37,348 nt of DNA from Saprospiraceae bacterium (GTDB lineage Bacteria; Bacteroidota; Bacteroidia; Chitinophagales; Saprospiraceae): the NCBI GenBank assembly GCA_027031185.1, contig JALVEF010000158.1, positions 1 through 37,348 of the forward strand, written 5' to 3'. The number at the start of each line of letters is the position of its first letter. Within the stretch, counting starts at the first letter, position 1. Of the stretch, positions 1 through 9,357 are shown one piece after another. Position numbers and translations under genes: made by a program. The notes under the pieces were generated by a model. That model worked only from the letters and a program-made list of their open reading frames with translations, had not been told where the DNA came from and made no database searches.

Positions 1-2
1 CC

Positions 3-1286
<1,284 letters not shown>

Positions 1287-1291
1287 GCACC

Positions 1292-1546
1292 ATGAAAGTT
1301 GCCATCTTATCTCCGGACAAACCCATCTATGAGGGCGATGCAAAGGTGCTCACGCTGCCCGGCCTGGACGGCTTGTTTCAGATCCTGGACCACCACGCAC
1401 CCCTCGTCGCCGCCTTGGGCGAAGGCATCGTCAAGGTGGACGGTGCCGACGAAGGACACACACTGCGCTTCGAGATACAAAATGGCTTTGTCGAAGTCCT
1501 GGACAATGTTGTTTCGCTCCTGGTGACCGGTGTGAAGGATATTTGA
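1292..1546 (+). CDS. atpC: F0F1 ATP synthase subunit epsilon (short form, 84 aa)
   Basis: Starts 5 nt after the atpD stop. The N-terminal beta-sandwich-like sequence (LPGLDGLFQILDHHAPLV) is typical of epsilon. Gene order atpD-atpC supports the call. Confidence 0.85.
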   Translation: MKVAILSPDKPIYEGDAKVLTLPGLDGLFQILDHHAPLVAALGEGIVKVDGADEGHTLRFEIQNGFVEVLDNVVSLLVTGVKDI

Positions 1547-1572
1547 CTCCGGGCGTTTTGCCGACTGCCCCC

Positions 1573-1607
1573 AAAGCTCCGAACGTGCACACGTTCGGAG
1601 CTTTTTT
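1573..1607 (+). terminator. Rho-independent terminator after atpC
   Basis: Perfect 15-bp stem AAAGCTCCGAACGTG / CACGTTCGGAGCTTT with a 2-nt loop, running into a T-tract (TTTTTT). Confidence 0.85.
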
Positions 1608-1627
1608 AACCATTCGTTCCGCTCTGT

Positions 1628-2881
1628 ATGTCGTCGGATGCCATTCAAATAACTCCCCCGCACCGCCTGGCCGGCACCGTCCGCTTGCCCGATTCCAAGA
1701 GCATCGCCAACCGCCGGTTGGTCATCCATGCTTTGGCCGGTCGGCCGCTTCCGCCACCGGGGGGGGCGGAAGCGGCCGACACCCGTGTCCTGCGACGGGC
1801 GTTGGACCACTTCCGGCAGGGCAAGTCCCGTATTGACGTCGGCCCTGCCGGTACGGCTATGCGTTTCCTGACTGCCTATCTGGCCCTGCAACCGGACACA
1901 CAGGAATTGTACGGCACTGCACGGATGCATCGCCGCCCCATTGGACCGTTGGTGGAGGCATTGCAAGAACTCGGCGCGCGTATTATATACTTGGGCGAGA
2001 AGGCCTACCCGCCGCTCCGCATCGAAGCGCCCCGCTTTTCGGGCCGGCATCAAGTGACCGTCCGGGCGGATATCAGCTCGCAGTTCGTCTCTGCACTGCT
2101 ACTTATCGGACCGTACCTGCCCAATGGGTTATACCTGCATTTGGAGGGGGCGCCGGTGTCCCGCCCTTATGTGGAGATGACGATCGAATTGATGCGCCGT
2201 TCCGGTGTCGCCGTGCATACGGACGGAGGGGAACTCCACGTGCCGAAAGGCACGTACACTTTTCCTTATGACGACCTGGAACCTGACTGGACGGCAGCGT
2301 CTTATTTTTTGGGGATGGTGGCAGGTAGTGGAGATGCCTCCATCCGGTTGGAAGCTTTGCGGCCGGAGAGCTTGCAAGGTGACCGCATGGTAGTGGAGTG
2401 GATGGCGCAGCTTGGTGTGCTATCCCGTTTTGACGCGGGTGGCTTACATGCCGCACGGGGTAGGATGTCGCCGGATCCGCTAGTCTGGGACTTTACCCAC
2501 CATCCCGACCTGGCACAGACGATGGTAGTCGCTGCCGCCCTGGCCGGCCGCACCGCCACTTGCTCCGGCTTGGCATCTCTTCGCATCAAAGAGACCGACC
2601 GGATTCGCGCCTTGCAACGCGAACTCCGCAAAGTGGGTATCCGCTTTGAAAAGGCCGGCGCGGCGGATGATACATTTGTTTTGTCCGGCACATTGGACCT
2701 TTCGCGCGTACCTGTTTTTGATACTTATGATGACCACCGGATGGCGATGGCACTCAGTATGCTGGCGGTCCGTGCGCCTGTCGTCATCCGGCATCCGGCG
2801 GTGACGGACAAGAGCTTCCCCGGCTTTTGGGACCGGCTGGCAGACCTGGGTTTCCGCATTAGCAGCTACCCGCGTGTTTAG
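1628..2881 (+). CDS. aroA: 3-phosphoshikimate 1-carboxyvinyltransferase (EPSP synthase)
   Basis: 417 aa with LPDSKSIANR, RIKETDRI and DDHRMAMA motifs characteristic of EPSP synthase. Confidence 0.93.
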   Translation: MSSDAIQITPPHRLAGTVRLPDSKSIANRRLVIHALAGRPLPPPGGAEAADTRVLRRALDHFRQGKSRIDVGPAGTAMRFLTAYLALQPDTQELYGTARMHRRPIGPLVEALQELGARIIYLGEKAYPPLRIEAPRFSGRHQVTVRADISSQFVSALLLIGPYLPNGLYLHLEGAPVSRPYVEMTIELMRRSGVAVHTDGGELHVPKGTYTFPYDDLEPDWTAASYFLGMVAGSGDASIRLEALRPESLQGDRMVVEWMAQLGVLSRFDAGGLHAARGRMSPDPLVWDFTHHPDLAQTMVVAAALAGRTATCSGLASLRIKETDRIRALQRELRKVGIRFEKAGAADDTFVLSGTLDLSRVPVFDTYDDHRMAMALSMLAVRAPVVIRHPAVTDKSFPGFWDRLADLGFRISSYPRV

Positions 2882-3447
2882 AAGCGGTAGCGCAGCCCAC
2901 CGCCCAGCTGTGACAGCACCGGGCGGAAACGAAGCGCGGGCGCACTCGCCCAATTGGTTATGGGACGGGAGGCCTGCAAGTGTCCGGTAAGGGAAAGGGC
3001 ATCAGTCAGCTTGTAGCCGACCGATGCCGAAAGGGAAATATCGAAGCGCATGGGCTTCACTATTGGATTCACATCACTTGAAATTCGGAATATTTCGCCG
3101 TCCGGCCCGGCCGTATATCCTTGCCGGCGGCCCACCAGCACATAGGAGATGCCCGCACCGGCGTTCACGTCCCAGCGGTCTCCGAAGCTGAATCGCCTGA
3201 AGCCGCTCAGACTCAGGCGGTGGCTGTGTATCGTATTGTAACTCGCGTAACGCCGGTATCGAAAGTATGGCCGTTGGGCCTGTACGGTGTCCTCAGTCAG
3301 TACTTGCCCGTTGAACTGCACCAGCCTAGCGTAGTCGAACCACACTACAAGTGTTCGACATTCCCAAGACCCAAACCTGTTCGTGATGAGTATACAAAAC
3401 CTCCTCACGGCGCGGCACGTATAGTCGTGGTAACACCGATCCAGCAC
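2878..3447 (-). CDS. Outer-membrane beta-barrel-like ORF with no signal peptide; possibly a 5'-truncated remnant
   Basis: Alternating beta-strand-like pattern (WDVNAGAGISYVL, ISLSASVGYKLTDALSLTGHL) and a C-terminal aromatic signature LGGGLRYRF. No hydrophobic N-terminal leader. The 5' end overlaps the upstream gene by 43 nt and the stop overlaps the aroA stop. Confidence 0.4.
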   Translation of the reverse strand: MLDRCYHDYTCRAVRRFCILITNRFGSWECRTLVVWFDYARLVQFNGQVLTEDTVQAQRPYFRYRRYASYNTIHSHRLSLSGFRRFSFGDRWDVNAGAGISYVLVGRRQGYTAGPDGEIFRISSDVNPIVKPMRFDISLSASVGYKLTDALSLTGHLQASRPITNWASAPALRFRPVLSQLGGGLRYRF

Positions 3448-4868
3448 GGCACCTTGAATTTTTGACCTTCCTTGTAGCCGCGCTGGAAAATCTCCTCCCG
3501 GGAAGGCATGTAGCGTTGATACTCGCGAATGAGCTTATTAGCCTGAGCGGCCACGGACGGGTCCACGGACTTGGCCTTGTTCCACATATCAATGGCAGGC
3601 CAGGTGACGATTTGGCTATCCCAGCCGCGGCCCGGCCCGCACAGCGGTCCGCTGGAAGCGTACAGCCGGCCGATGAGCAGATAGGGATCGCCCCATCCCG
3701 GGCGAAATTTTGCCGCCTTGCGGGCATATTCGCGCGACTTGGAAAAGCGCTTCAGATAGCTGAAATAAATCTTGGCATTGACCAGGGCGTACTTGGCTTT
3801 CTTTTGGCTGTCATCGGTCTCGGAAATGGCTTGGTCAAAGAGCCGGACGGCATCGTGGTAGCGCCCTTCGCGGAGGGCCTGATATGCCTGGCCCACCGTG
3901 CCGGTGACAGACGGTCCGGTGCTGACCTGGCAATTGGCTGCATAAGCCTTGGAGACCGCTTTGAAGTCCGGATCGTCTTTAGAGCAGCCGCCCCAGTTGA
4001 AGCGGCTGAAGACCATCATAATCGTGTCGCAATTGGTGGGATTGCGCCGGAAAGCATCCAGATACTTGCGCTTGTAATAGTCACAGCCATAAAAGCCCTT
4101 GACCCCCTCCAGCTCCTCCAGGCGGGCGGGGGCATAGTCGGCCACGATTTTGAAGCTCTCCTTTTCATCGCTTTTGGTCAGGCCGTAGTCAATGATACGC
4201 GGGATCAGCGTTGCATACTTGTTGGCCTCCGCCTGAGAGATTTGTTTTTTCAGATACAGATCAATCAGCAGGGCCGTAAAAGGATTGATGACAAAGGCCG
4301 GAGTTTTTTCGCCGAGTGAGTCTATGGCGATTTTTAGGTGATGATACTTCTCCTGGTCGGTCGCGTGCGCGTAGAGATTGTAGTAGAGATCAAATCCCAG
4401 CAGACCGTGGATATAGCCTGCTTCGCCATAGCAGTCAATGGCCTCCTGATACAAGCGTTTGATTTGGTTTACATATTGGCGTTGCTTGGCGGTGTCCTGA
4501 GTCTGCTTGTAAAAATCGAGATTGAATTGGACCCCGTCGAGGAAAACCGTCTTGCGCATGCCATCGGCGGCGGGTGCGGTTTTATAGACCTTTTGCCAAA
4601 ACTCGTAGGCCCCTTTGATGTCTTTGACTTTGAGCCGGTTGCGGTAGATGACGTAGTTGTTTTCCGCCTCGTCTTTTTGGGCGGCCGGCAGGTCGTCCCA
4701 TTTGACACATCCCGGTTTGGACAGATACTTTTTCTTCTTTACCTCCTTGGGCGGGGGAGGGGGAGCACTTTCCTCTTTTTTTTCGTTGGCTGTTACCGTT
4801 TTGGTGGTGGAGCAAGCAGTCGCGGCCAGCAGCGCGGTACCGAAGACGATGAGCAACATCCGTTTCAT
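3405..4868 (-). CDS. Lipoprotein, TPR-like helical-repeat, Cys-rich (paralogue A), function unknown
   Basis: Lipoprotein signal MKRMLLIVFGTALLAATAC followed by a low-complexity tether (PPPPPKEVKKKK). Alignable along its length to the neighbouring 457-aa ORF (APAADG, CDYY, GC(S/T)KDDP(D/E), K(V/C)..CWIG). Confidence 0.85.
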   Translation of the reverse strand: MKRMLLIVFGTALLAATACSTTKTVTANEKKEESAPPPPPKEVKKKKYLSKPGCVKWDDLPAAQKDEAENNYVIYRNRLKVKDIKGAYEFWQKVYKTAPAADGMRKTVFLDGVQFNLDFYKQTQDTAKQRQYVNQIKRLYQEAIDCYGEAGYIHGLLGFDLYYNLYAHATDQEKYHHLKIAIDSLGEKTPAFVINPFTALLIDLYLKKQISQAEANKYATLIPRIIDYGLTKSDEKESFKIVADYAPARLEELEGVKGFYGCDYYKRKYLDAFRRNPTNCDTIMMVFSRFNWGGCSKDDPDFKAVSKAYAANCQVSTGPSVTGTVGQAYQALREGRYHDAVRLFDQAISETDDSQKKAKYALVNAKIYFSYLKRFSKSREYARKAAKFRPGWGDPYLLIGRLYASSGPLCGPGRGWDSQIVTWPAIDMWNKAKSVDPSVAAQANKLIREYQRYMPSREEIFQRGYKEGQKFKVPCWIGVTTTIRAAP

Positions 4869-4893
4869 ATCTGACCTGTTTTTTCAATGGGCT

Positions 4894-4901
4894 TAAAGAT
4901 A
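4894..4901 (-). promoter_or_regulatory. Candidate Bacteroidota -7 promoter box (TATCTTTA on the minus strand) for paralogue A
   Basis: Matches TAnnTTTG at 7 of 8 positions. Lies 26 nt upstream of the ATG at 4868 and just downstream of a terminator. Confidence 0.35.
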
Positions 4902-4922
4902 GCTCCTTTCCCGTTGGTAACC

Positions 4923-4961
4923 AAAAAATGCGGGTTCACCGGCGCCCGCCGGTGAACCCGC
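4923..4961 (-). terminator. Rho-independent terminator after paralogue B (minus strand)
   Basis: Perfect 15-bp stem GCGGGTTCACCGGCG / CGCCGGTGAACCCGC with a 2-nt loop, followed on the minus strand by ATTTTTT. Confidence 0.85.
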
Positions 4962-4986
4962 ATACTCACGCCCTGAAAGGGCGGGA

Positions 4987-6360
4987 TCAGTTGTTGCTAA
5001 CGCGGAGTTTGACCGTCTCACCGATCCAGCACTTGACCTTGACCGGTTGTCCGGGTGTCAGGCCGCGCATGTGGGCTTCCCCTTTGTCCGGGTAGTGGTG
5101 CCGGTAGATGGCGATTTTTTTGGCTGCTTCGTCCGCCAGACTCGGGTCTATGCTTTTGGCGTGTTGGTATTTTTCCACGGCGGCGATGATGGCCAGGCGG
5201 GCGTTGAAAGCATCGCCGCATTTCTTGCCGGTCTTGGCGTACAGATCGCCGATGAGCATAAAGGGCTTGCCCCAGTTGGGCCGCAGCTTGGCGGCTTGCA
5301 GGGCGTTCTTACGAGCCTGCGAATATTGACCGAGCTTACGCCCCTGGATGGACGCCAGGGCCATCAGGTAGCCGGCTTTCTTTTCGCTGTCGGTCTCCTT
5401 GGCGATGGCTTCCTCGTACTTGGCGGCTGCGCCGCGATAATCCCCCTGGTCATAGAGTTTTTTGGCGGCGATATTCGGATTGTTGGCTTCAAACTCCGCC
5501 TCCCGTTCCGCATTGATTTGGGCGGCCATGGCATCATACTTGGATGCCAGCGCGGCGATCTCCGGATCATCTTTGGTACAGCCGTGTTGTATCAGTTGCG
5601 TATAAGTACTCTTGACGACGTCAAAGTTGTCGGGATCCGCCTGATAAGCCGGCAGGAGCTTTTTCTTGAAGTAGTCGCAGTCGAAGATATAGGCCTCAAT
5701 GGCCGTAAAGGACTCCTGAATATCCTTCTTCGCCTTTTGCCAGTTGGCCACATCTTGCTTGGCCGCAATGCGTTTGTCGGCCAGTGCCATCATCTTCTGA
5801 TAAGCATCACGTGCCTGTTCTTTGGTGATGGCTTTTTCGGGGAACAGATACAGCACTGCCTCGGTCAGCGGATAAAGTGCGATGTATTCCGTCCCGCGCC
5901 CGTCTTCCACGGCACGCATCCCGGCTTCGAAAATCTCCTCACGGGGCGCATTGAAAGTGTAGAGCAGGTCATAAGCCTTGCGGCCCATCGCCAAGCCCGC
6001 CTCCTCTTGATAGCACTGTGCCCACTGGTCAAAAAGATCCTTTATCTTTTTGGTATATTCGGCCTTCTTGCCGGCATCCTGCTCCTGTGACAAAAAGTAC
6101 TTATATATCTCAATCCCGTCAATATACTGGGTAGAGCGTTTGCCGTCCGCAGCAGGTGCCATGCTAAATGCCTTTTGCCATTCGGGGAAGGCAGCTTTAT
6201 AGTCCTTGCGTTTGATGGCTTGGCGGTAGATGACGTGCGCATTCAAAGCTGCTTCTTCATCGCCGGATTGCTTAAATGTACCACACTGTGCCGATACGGC
6301 CGGTGTGACCATAAGCGAATAGGCCAGGATGAACAGTAGTGATGCAAAGGTCTTCGTCAT
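4987..6360 (-). CDS. Secreted TPR-like helical-repeat, Cys-rich protein (paralogue B), function unknown
   Basis: Signal peptide MTKTFASLLFILAYSLMVTPAVSA with no lipobox. Full-length similarity to the 487-aa neighbour, with conserved Cys positions. Starts 2 nt after the stop of the upstream OMP gene. Confidence 0.85.
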   Translation of the reverse strand: MTKTFASLLFILAYSLMVTPAVSAQCGTFKQSGDEEAALNAHVIYRQAIKRKDYKAAFPEWQKAFSMAPAADGKRSTQYIDGIEIYKYFLSQEQDAGKKAEYTKKIKDLFDQWAQCYQEEAGLAMGRKAYDLLYTFNAPREEIFEAGMRAVEDGRGTEYIALYPLTEAVLYLFPEKAITKEQARDAYQKMMALADKRIAAKQDVANWQKAKKDIQESFTAIEAYIFDCDYFKKKLLPAYQADPDNFDVVKSTYTQLIQHGCTKDDPEIAALASKYDAMAAQINAEREAEFEANNPNIAAKKLYDQGDYRGAAAKYEEAIAKETDSEKKAGYLMALASIQGRKLGQYSQARKNALQAAKLRPNWGKPFMLIGDLYAKTGKKCGDAFNARLAIIAAVEKYQHAKSIDPSLADEAAKKIAIYRHHYPDKGEAHMRGLTPGQPVKVKCWIGETVKLRVSNN

Positions 6361-6362
6361 TT

Positions 6363-7688
6363 TTAGTAGTATTTTTGTTTGAAAAACCAGGATTTATCCG
6401 TCAGGCTCACACTGAGGGACAGTTTAATGTACGTTCGCCGCAGTCCTCCCCGGGTACCATTGCGGCCCGCCTCTATGCCCACATTGAAAAAGGACACATC
6501 CTGCCTCGGCAAAATAACGGGTATTCCCATTCCGATGGTGATGCCTCCATAGGTGATTTGCTCACCATTAACAAAGCGCGGATCCTTGCCATAGAATAAC
6601 CCTCCCCGCAAACTCACCCGCTTCCAGAAGTCATCGAAACGCTTGAGATCGGCCTGCTTTTCATAACCCAGTGCATACCGCGCCGCGCGCCCAAAGCGAC
6701 TTTTCTTAAATGGCAGCTCGAAGTCCGTCCAATCCGCACCCTCGTAATTGATGCCCAGGCGATACAGGTCTTTGAAACCATAACCCACGCCGATCCCCCA
6801 GCGCAGCGGAATTCGCGTCTCATACCGGGCACCGTCTTCATACTGCAAGGTATCCACACGCCTCGTCAGTGTGCTCACGCGTGTGGCCAACCGCGTAGCC
6901 GTGATGGGCATATCGAAGCCCGGCTGGACAAAAATACCGGCAGAGAACAAGTCCCCGCGCCGTCCGTCCTCTTTCTTGCTGTCCTTGAAATAGTAATCGT
7001 AGAGCAAGCCAAAACGCACGTTTTGGCCTTTTACCGAGAAGGCGTCCGAAAAGACATTATTGTATATGCCCAATACGGTGTCCTGAAAGTTGTTCTTTTG
7101 CTTTTCATCAATATGGCCGCGCATAAAATTCCAACCGATGCCCACCGAAAAGTTCTTGTACTTGGCAGCCGTATTCCAATTGATCTGATAGGTGCCGCCC
7201 GTTCCGGAAAACAGAAACTGTGTGCCATCGGCGACGGATTCCACCTCATAGCCCACGCGGGTATAAGGCGCAATTCCGATGCCCGTCCCAAAGCGCCAGT
7301 CACTTTTGCGCCCCTCCAGCTCTCTGTTGTAATCATTGACCAGGCTGATGCCCAGCTGAAAATAGTCAAACTGCGTCTCCGTACTGTGATCCGTCAGCCC
7401 GGTGGGTACCTCGCGAAGGCCATATCTGCCGCTGCTGACGCCGACGTCCAGGACGGTGGTTTTCAGAAAAGCATACGCGGCAGGATTGGCGGCATTGAGT
7501 TGCTTTTCGTCATGAAATACGGCCGACAGATTGCCCATGGACTTCACCGGCAAGACAGCGTCGTTTTGGTAGTCACCCAAACCCAACTTGGAATAGGGAG
7601 ACTGCATTTGCGGAGCCTGGCCGCGGACCGCTGATGACAACAACACCAGGACCTGAAGGCAAAAAAGTAGCGTACGAATCCGTTTCAT
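6363..7688 (-). CDS. Outer-membrane beta-barrel protein (porin-like), function unknown
   Basis: Signal peptide MKRIRTLLFCLQVLVLLSSAVRG. Glycine- and aromatic-rich alternating strands throughout, with a C-terminal aromatic end (FKQKYY). The ATGA start overlaps the coaX stop. Confidence 0.8.
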   Translation of the reverse strand: MKRIRTLLFCLQVLVLLSSAVRGQAPQMQSPYSKLGLGDYQNDAVLPVKSMGNLSAVFHDEKQLNAANPAAYAFLKTTVLDVGVSSGRYGLREVPTGLTDHSTETQFDYFQLGISLVNDYNRELEGRKSDWRFGTGIGIAPYTRVGYEVESVADGTQFLFSGTGGTYQINWNTAAKYKNFSVGIGWNFMRGHIDEKQKNNFQDTVLGIYNNVFSDAFSVKGQNVRFGLLYDYYFKDSKKEDGRRGDLFSAGIFVQPGFDMPITATRLATRVSTLTRRVDTLQYEDGARYETRIPLRWGIGVGYGFKDLYRLGINYEGADWTDFELPFKKSRFGRAARYALGYEKQADLKRFDDFWKRVSLRGGLFYGKDPRFVNGEQITYGGITIGMGIPVILPRQDVSFFNVGIEAGRNGTRGGLRRTYIKLSLSVSLTDKSWFFKQKYY

Positions 7689-8437
7689 GTATTTTGTTTT
7701 CCGGCCCGTGAGCCGGCGTTCGTTTGTCGGTTAAGCCGGTAGAGTTCATACAGTCCCCGGGCTACCAACTCCGGGACCACGATGGTTTTGTAGCGCAGAT
7801 GGCGCTGCAAAAAATCCGCATGTCCCCCCGTGAGCAGTGTGACCACAGGGCCGTACCTTCGTTTTAACTTGGCGCGCAGGGAGGATATTTCGGCCAAAGC
7901 GCCGCGGAGCGCACCGTTTTGCAGGGCCGTCTCCGTGGATCGGCCAACGTAATCGGCGGGCAAAGATAAGGAAACCAGCGGCAATTTGTCCGTAAATGTA
8001 TGCATGGCTTGTAAACGCATCATCAGGCCGGGGCTTATATTTCCGCCCCGGTAAATTTTATCGGCGGTCAGGACATCGGCCGTCATGCACGTCCCGGCAT
8101 CCACCACCAGCAGGTGTTTTTGGGGATACAACGCCACCGCGCCCGCCAGCGCGGCGATGCGGTCCCGCCCCAGCGTGGCCGGCGTCCGGTATTCAGATGC
8201 AAACGGCAGTTTGATTTGGTGCGTGACTTCCAAAGCGCCATATTCCCGAAGCCGCTGTCCGAGCCCGCGCGGCAGGTGCCCCGTCACGCAATACGCTATG
8301 CCCTCCGGGTGATAGGCCTCCATTGCCTGATAAACCACCCGGGCCGTATTTCCCGATGCCGTCGAGCGAATGCGTCCCGACTTGTCCAGCGCCGTGACCT
8401 TAATCCGGGTATTCCCAATGTCTATGGACAGGTACAT
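7685..8437 (-). CDS. coaX: Type III pantothenate kinase
   Basis: MYLSIDIGNTRIK N-terminus, plus DAGT and GGNISPG motifs. I trimmed the start to the ATG at 8437, which removes the overlap with tdk (ORF-track start is 8485). Confidence 0.9.
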   Translation of the reverse strand: MYLSIDIGNTRIKVTALDKSGRIRSTASGNTARVVYQAMEAYHPEGIAYCVTGHLPRGLGQRLREYGALEVTHQIKLPFASEYRTPATLGRDRIAALAGAVALYPQKHLLVVDAGTCMTADVLTADKIYRGGNISPGLMMRLQAMHTFTDKLPLVSLSLPADYVGRSTETALQNGALRGALAEISSLRAKLKRRYGPVVTLLTGGHADFLQRHLRYKTIVVPELVARGLYELYRLNRQTNAGSRAGKQNT

Positions 8438-8439
8438 CG

Positions 8440-9033
8440 TCAGCCTTGGCGGTGAAAGTCTATGATATTGCCCATCGAATAACATTTGCGGCAGCGTGGC
8501 TCATAGGCCTCTTTTTCGCCTACCAGTACCGTGGACCGGTCCGCCGTCAGCCGGTAAGAATGCGTCGCCAGATTGCCGCAGTGTACACAGATCGGGTGTA
8601 CCTTGGTGATATACTCCGCGACGGCCAGCAGCTTGGGCATCGGACCAAACGGCTCCCCCTTAAAGTCCATATCCAGACCCGCTACCACAACCCTTTTGCC
8701 CGACAGGGCAAGATCTTCACATATCTTTACCAAACTGTCATCGAAAAACTGTGCCTCGTCTATTCCGACCACTGTCTCGTCCGTAATATGGGATACTATC
8801 TCATCGGCTGACTCCACCGGTATCGCCAAAATGGAATTGCGATCGTGCGAGACGACCTCCTTCTCCGAGTAGCGTACATCCAGTGCAGGCTTGAAGATCA
8901 CGACCTTTTGGTGCGCAAATGTGGCGCGCTTCAGCCGCCGGATCAATTCCTCTGTCTTGCCCGAAAACATAGCACCGCATATCACCTCTATCCAGCCGCT
9001 TCGCTGCCCCTTGAAATGCGGTTCTAAAAACAT
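8440..9033 (-). CDS. tdk: Thymidine kinase
   Basis: P-loop [18 protein letters not shown], and a C-terminal zinc-type CVHCG...CRKC. Confidence 0.95.
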   Translation of the reverse strand: MFLEPHFKGQRSGWIEVICGAMFSGKTEELIRRLKRATFAHQKVVIFKPALDVRYSEKEVVSHDRNSILAIPVESADEIVSHITDETVVGIDEAQFFDDSLVKICEDLALSGKRVVVAGLDMDFKGEPFGPMPKLLAVAEYITKVHPICVHCGNLATHSYRLTADRSTVLVGEKEAYEPRCRKCYSMGNIIDFHRQG

Positions 9034-9047
9034 CCTCGTTTTTGTGG

Positions 9048-9055
9048 CAAAATTA
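9048..9055 (-). promoter_or_regulatory. Candidate -7 promoter box TAATTTTG (minus strand) for the tdk-coaX-OMP-paralogue B unit
   Basis: Exact TAnnTTTG match, 14 nt upstream of the tdk ATG. Confidence 0.45.
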
Positions 9056-9166
9056 CGCCTTTTTGGGACTTCCGCCTGTGCTTTTATCCTTCCACCCCAA
9101 ATCCGGAATGAAAAGTTTACAAGCGGCCGCGCCGCTTGTGCGGTGCTATCTTATCCGGATTTTGCA

Positions 9167-9271
9167 GTATCTGTTTTGGTGCTCTTGTTTAGGGATAAAA
9201 TAGGCATTTTTGCTTCAACAGGGGCAAAAAGGGCATTTTAGCACAAAAACAGCGGGTACCTAAACAGTTGC
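9167..9271. repeat. 105-bp member of a nested imperfect-palindrome repeat family (MITE-like)
   Basis: GTATCTGTTTTGGTGCTC...CAGCGGGTACCTAAACAGTTGC. Both arms match the arms of the 163-bp copy at 37186-37348 (opposite orientation), with the central part missing. Flanked by ATTTTGCA and ATGTTGCA. Confidence 0.75.
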
Positions 9272-9321
9272 ATGTTGCATAATATTTTCATCGCGGCTGC
9301 GTCTTTTTCAAAGTTCCTGGC

Positions 9322-9329
9322 TAACTTTG
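9322..9329 (+). promoter_or_regulatory. Candidate -7 promoter box TAACTTTG
   Basis: Exact TAnnTTTG match, 28 nt upstream of the ATG at 9358. Confidence 0.45.
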
Positions 9330-9357
9330 TCGCGGGCTTTCATCTAATCCACACGCC

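Noticed and set aside
1307-2053. Long ORFs antisense to, or out of frame with, recognised genes: 1307-2053, 3462-4319, 5047-6090, 10972-11703, 12897-13637, 16899-17672, 17996-18658, 21331-22203, 24411-25259, 25995-26789, 32736-33509, 34319-34966 and 36287-37030.
   Set aside because: Each lies entirely within a confidently identified gene on the other strand. Their translations are low-complexity or Arg/Gly/His-rich with no motifs. They are typical shadow ORFs in moderately GC-rich DNA.
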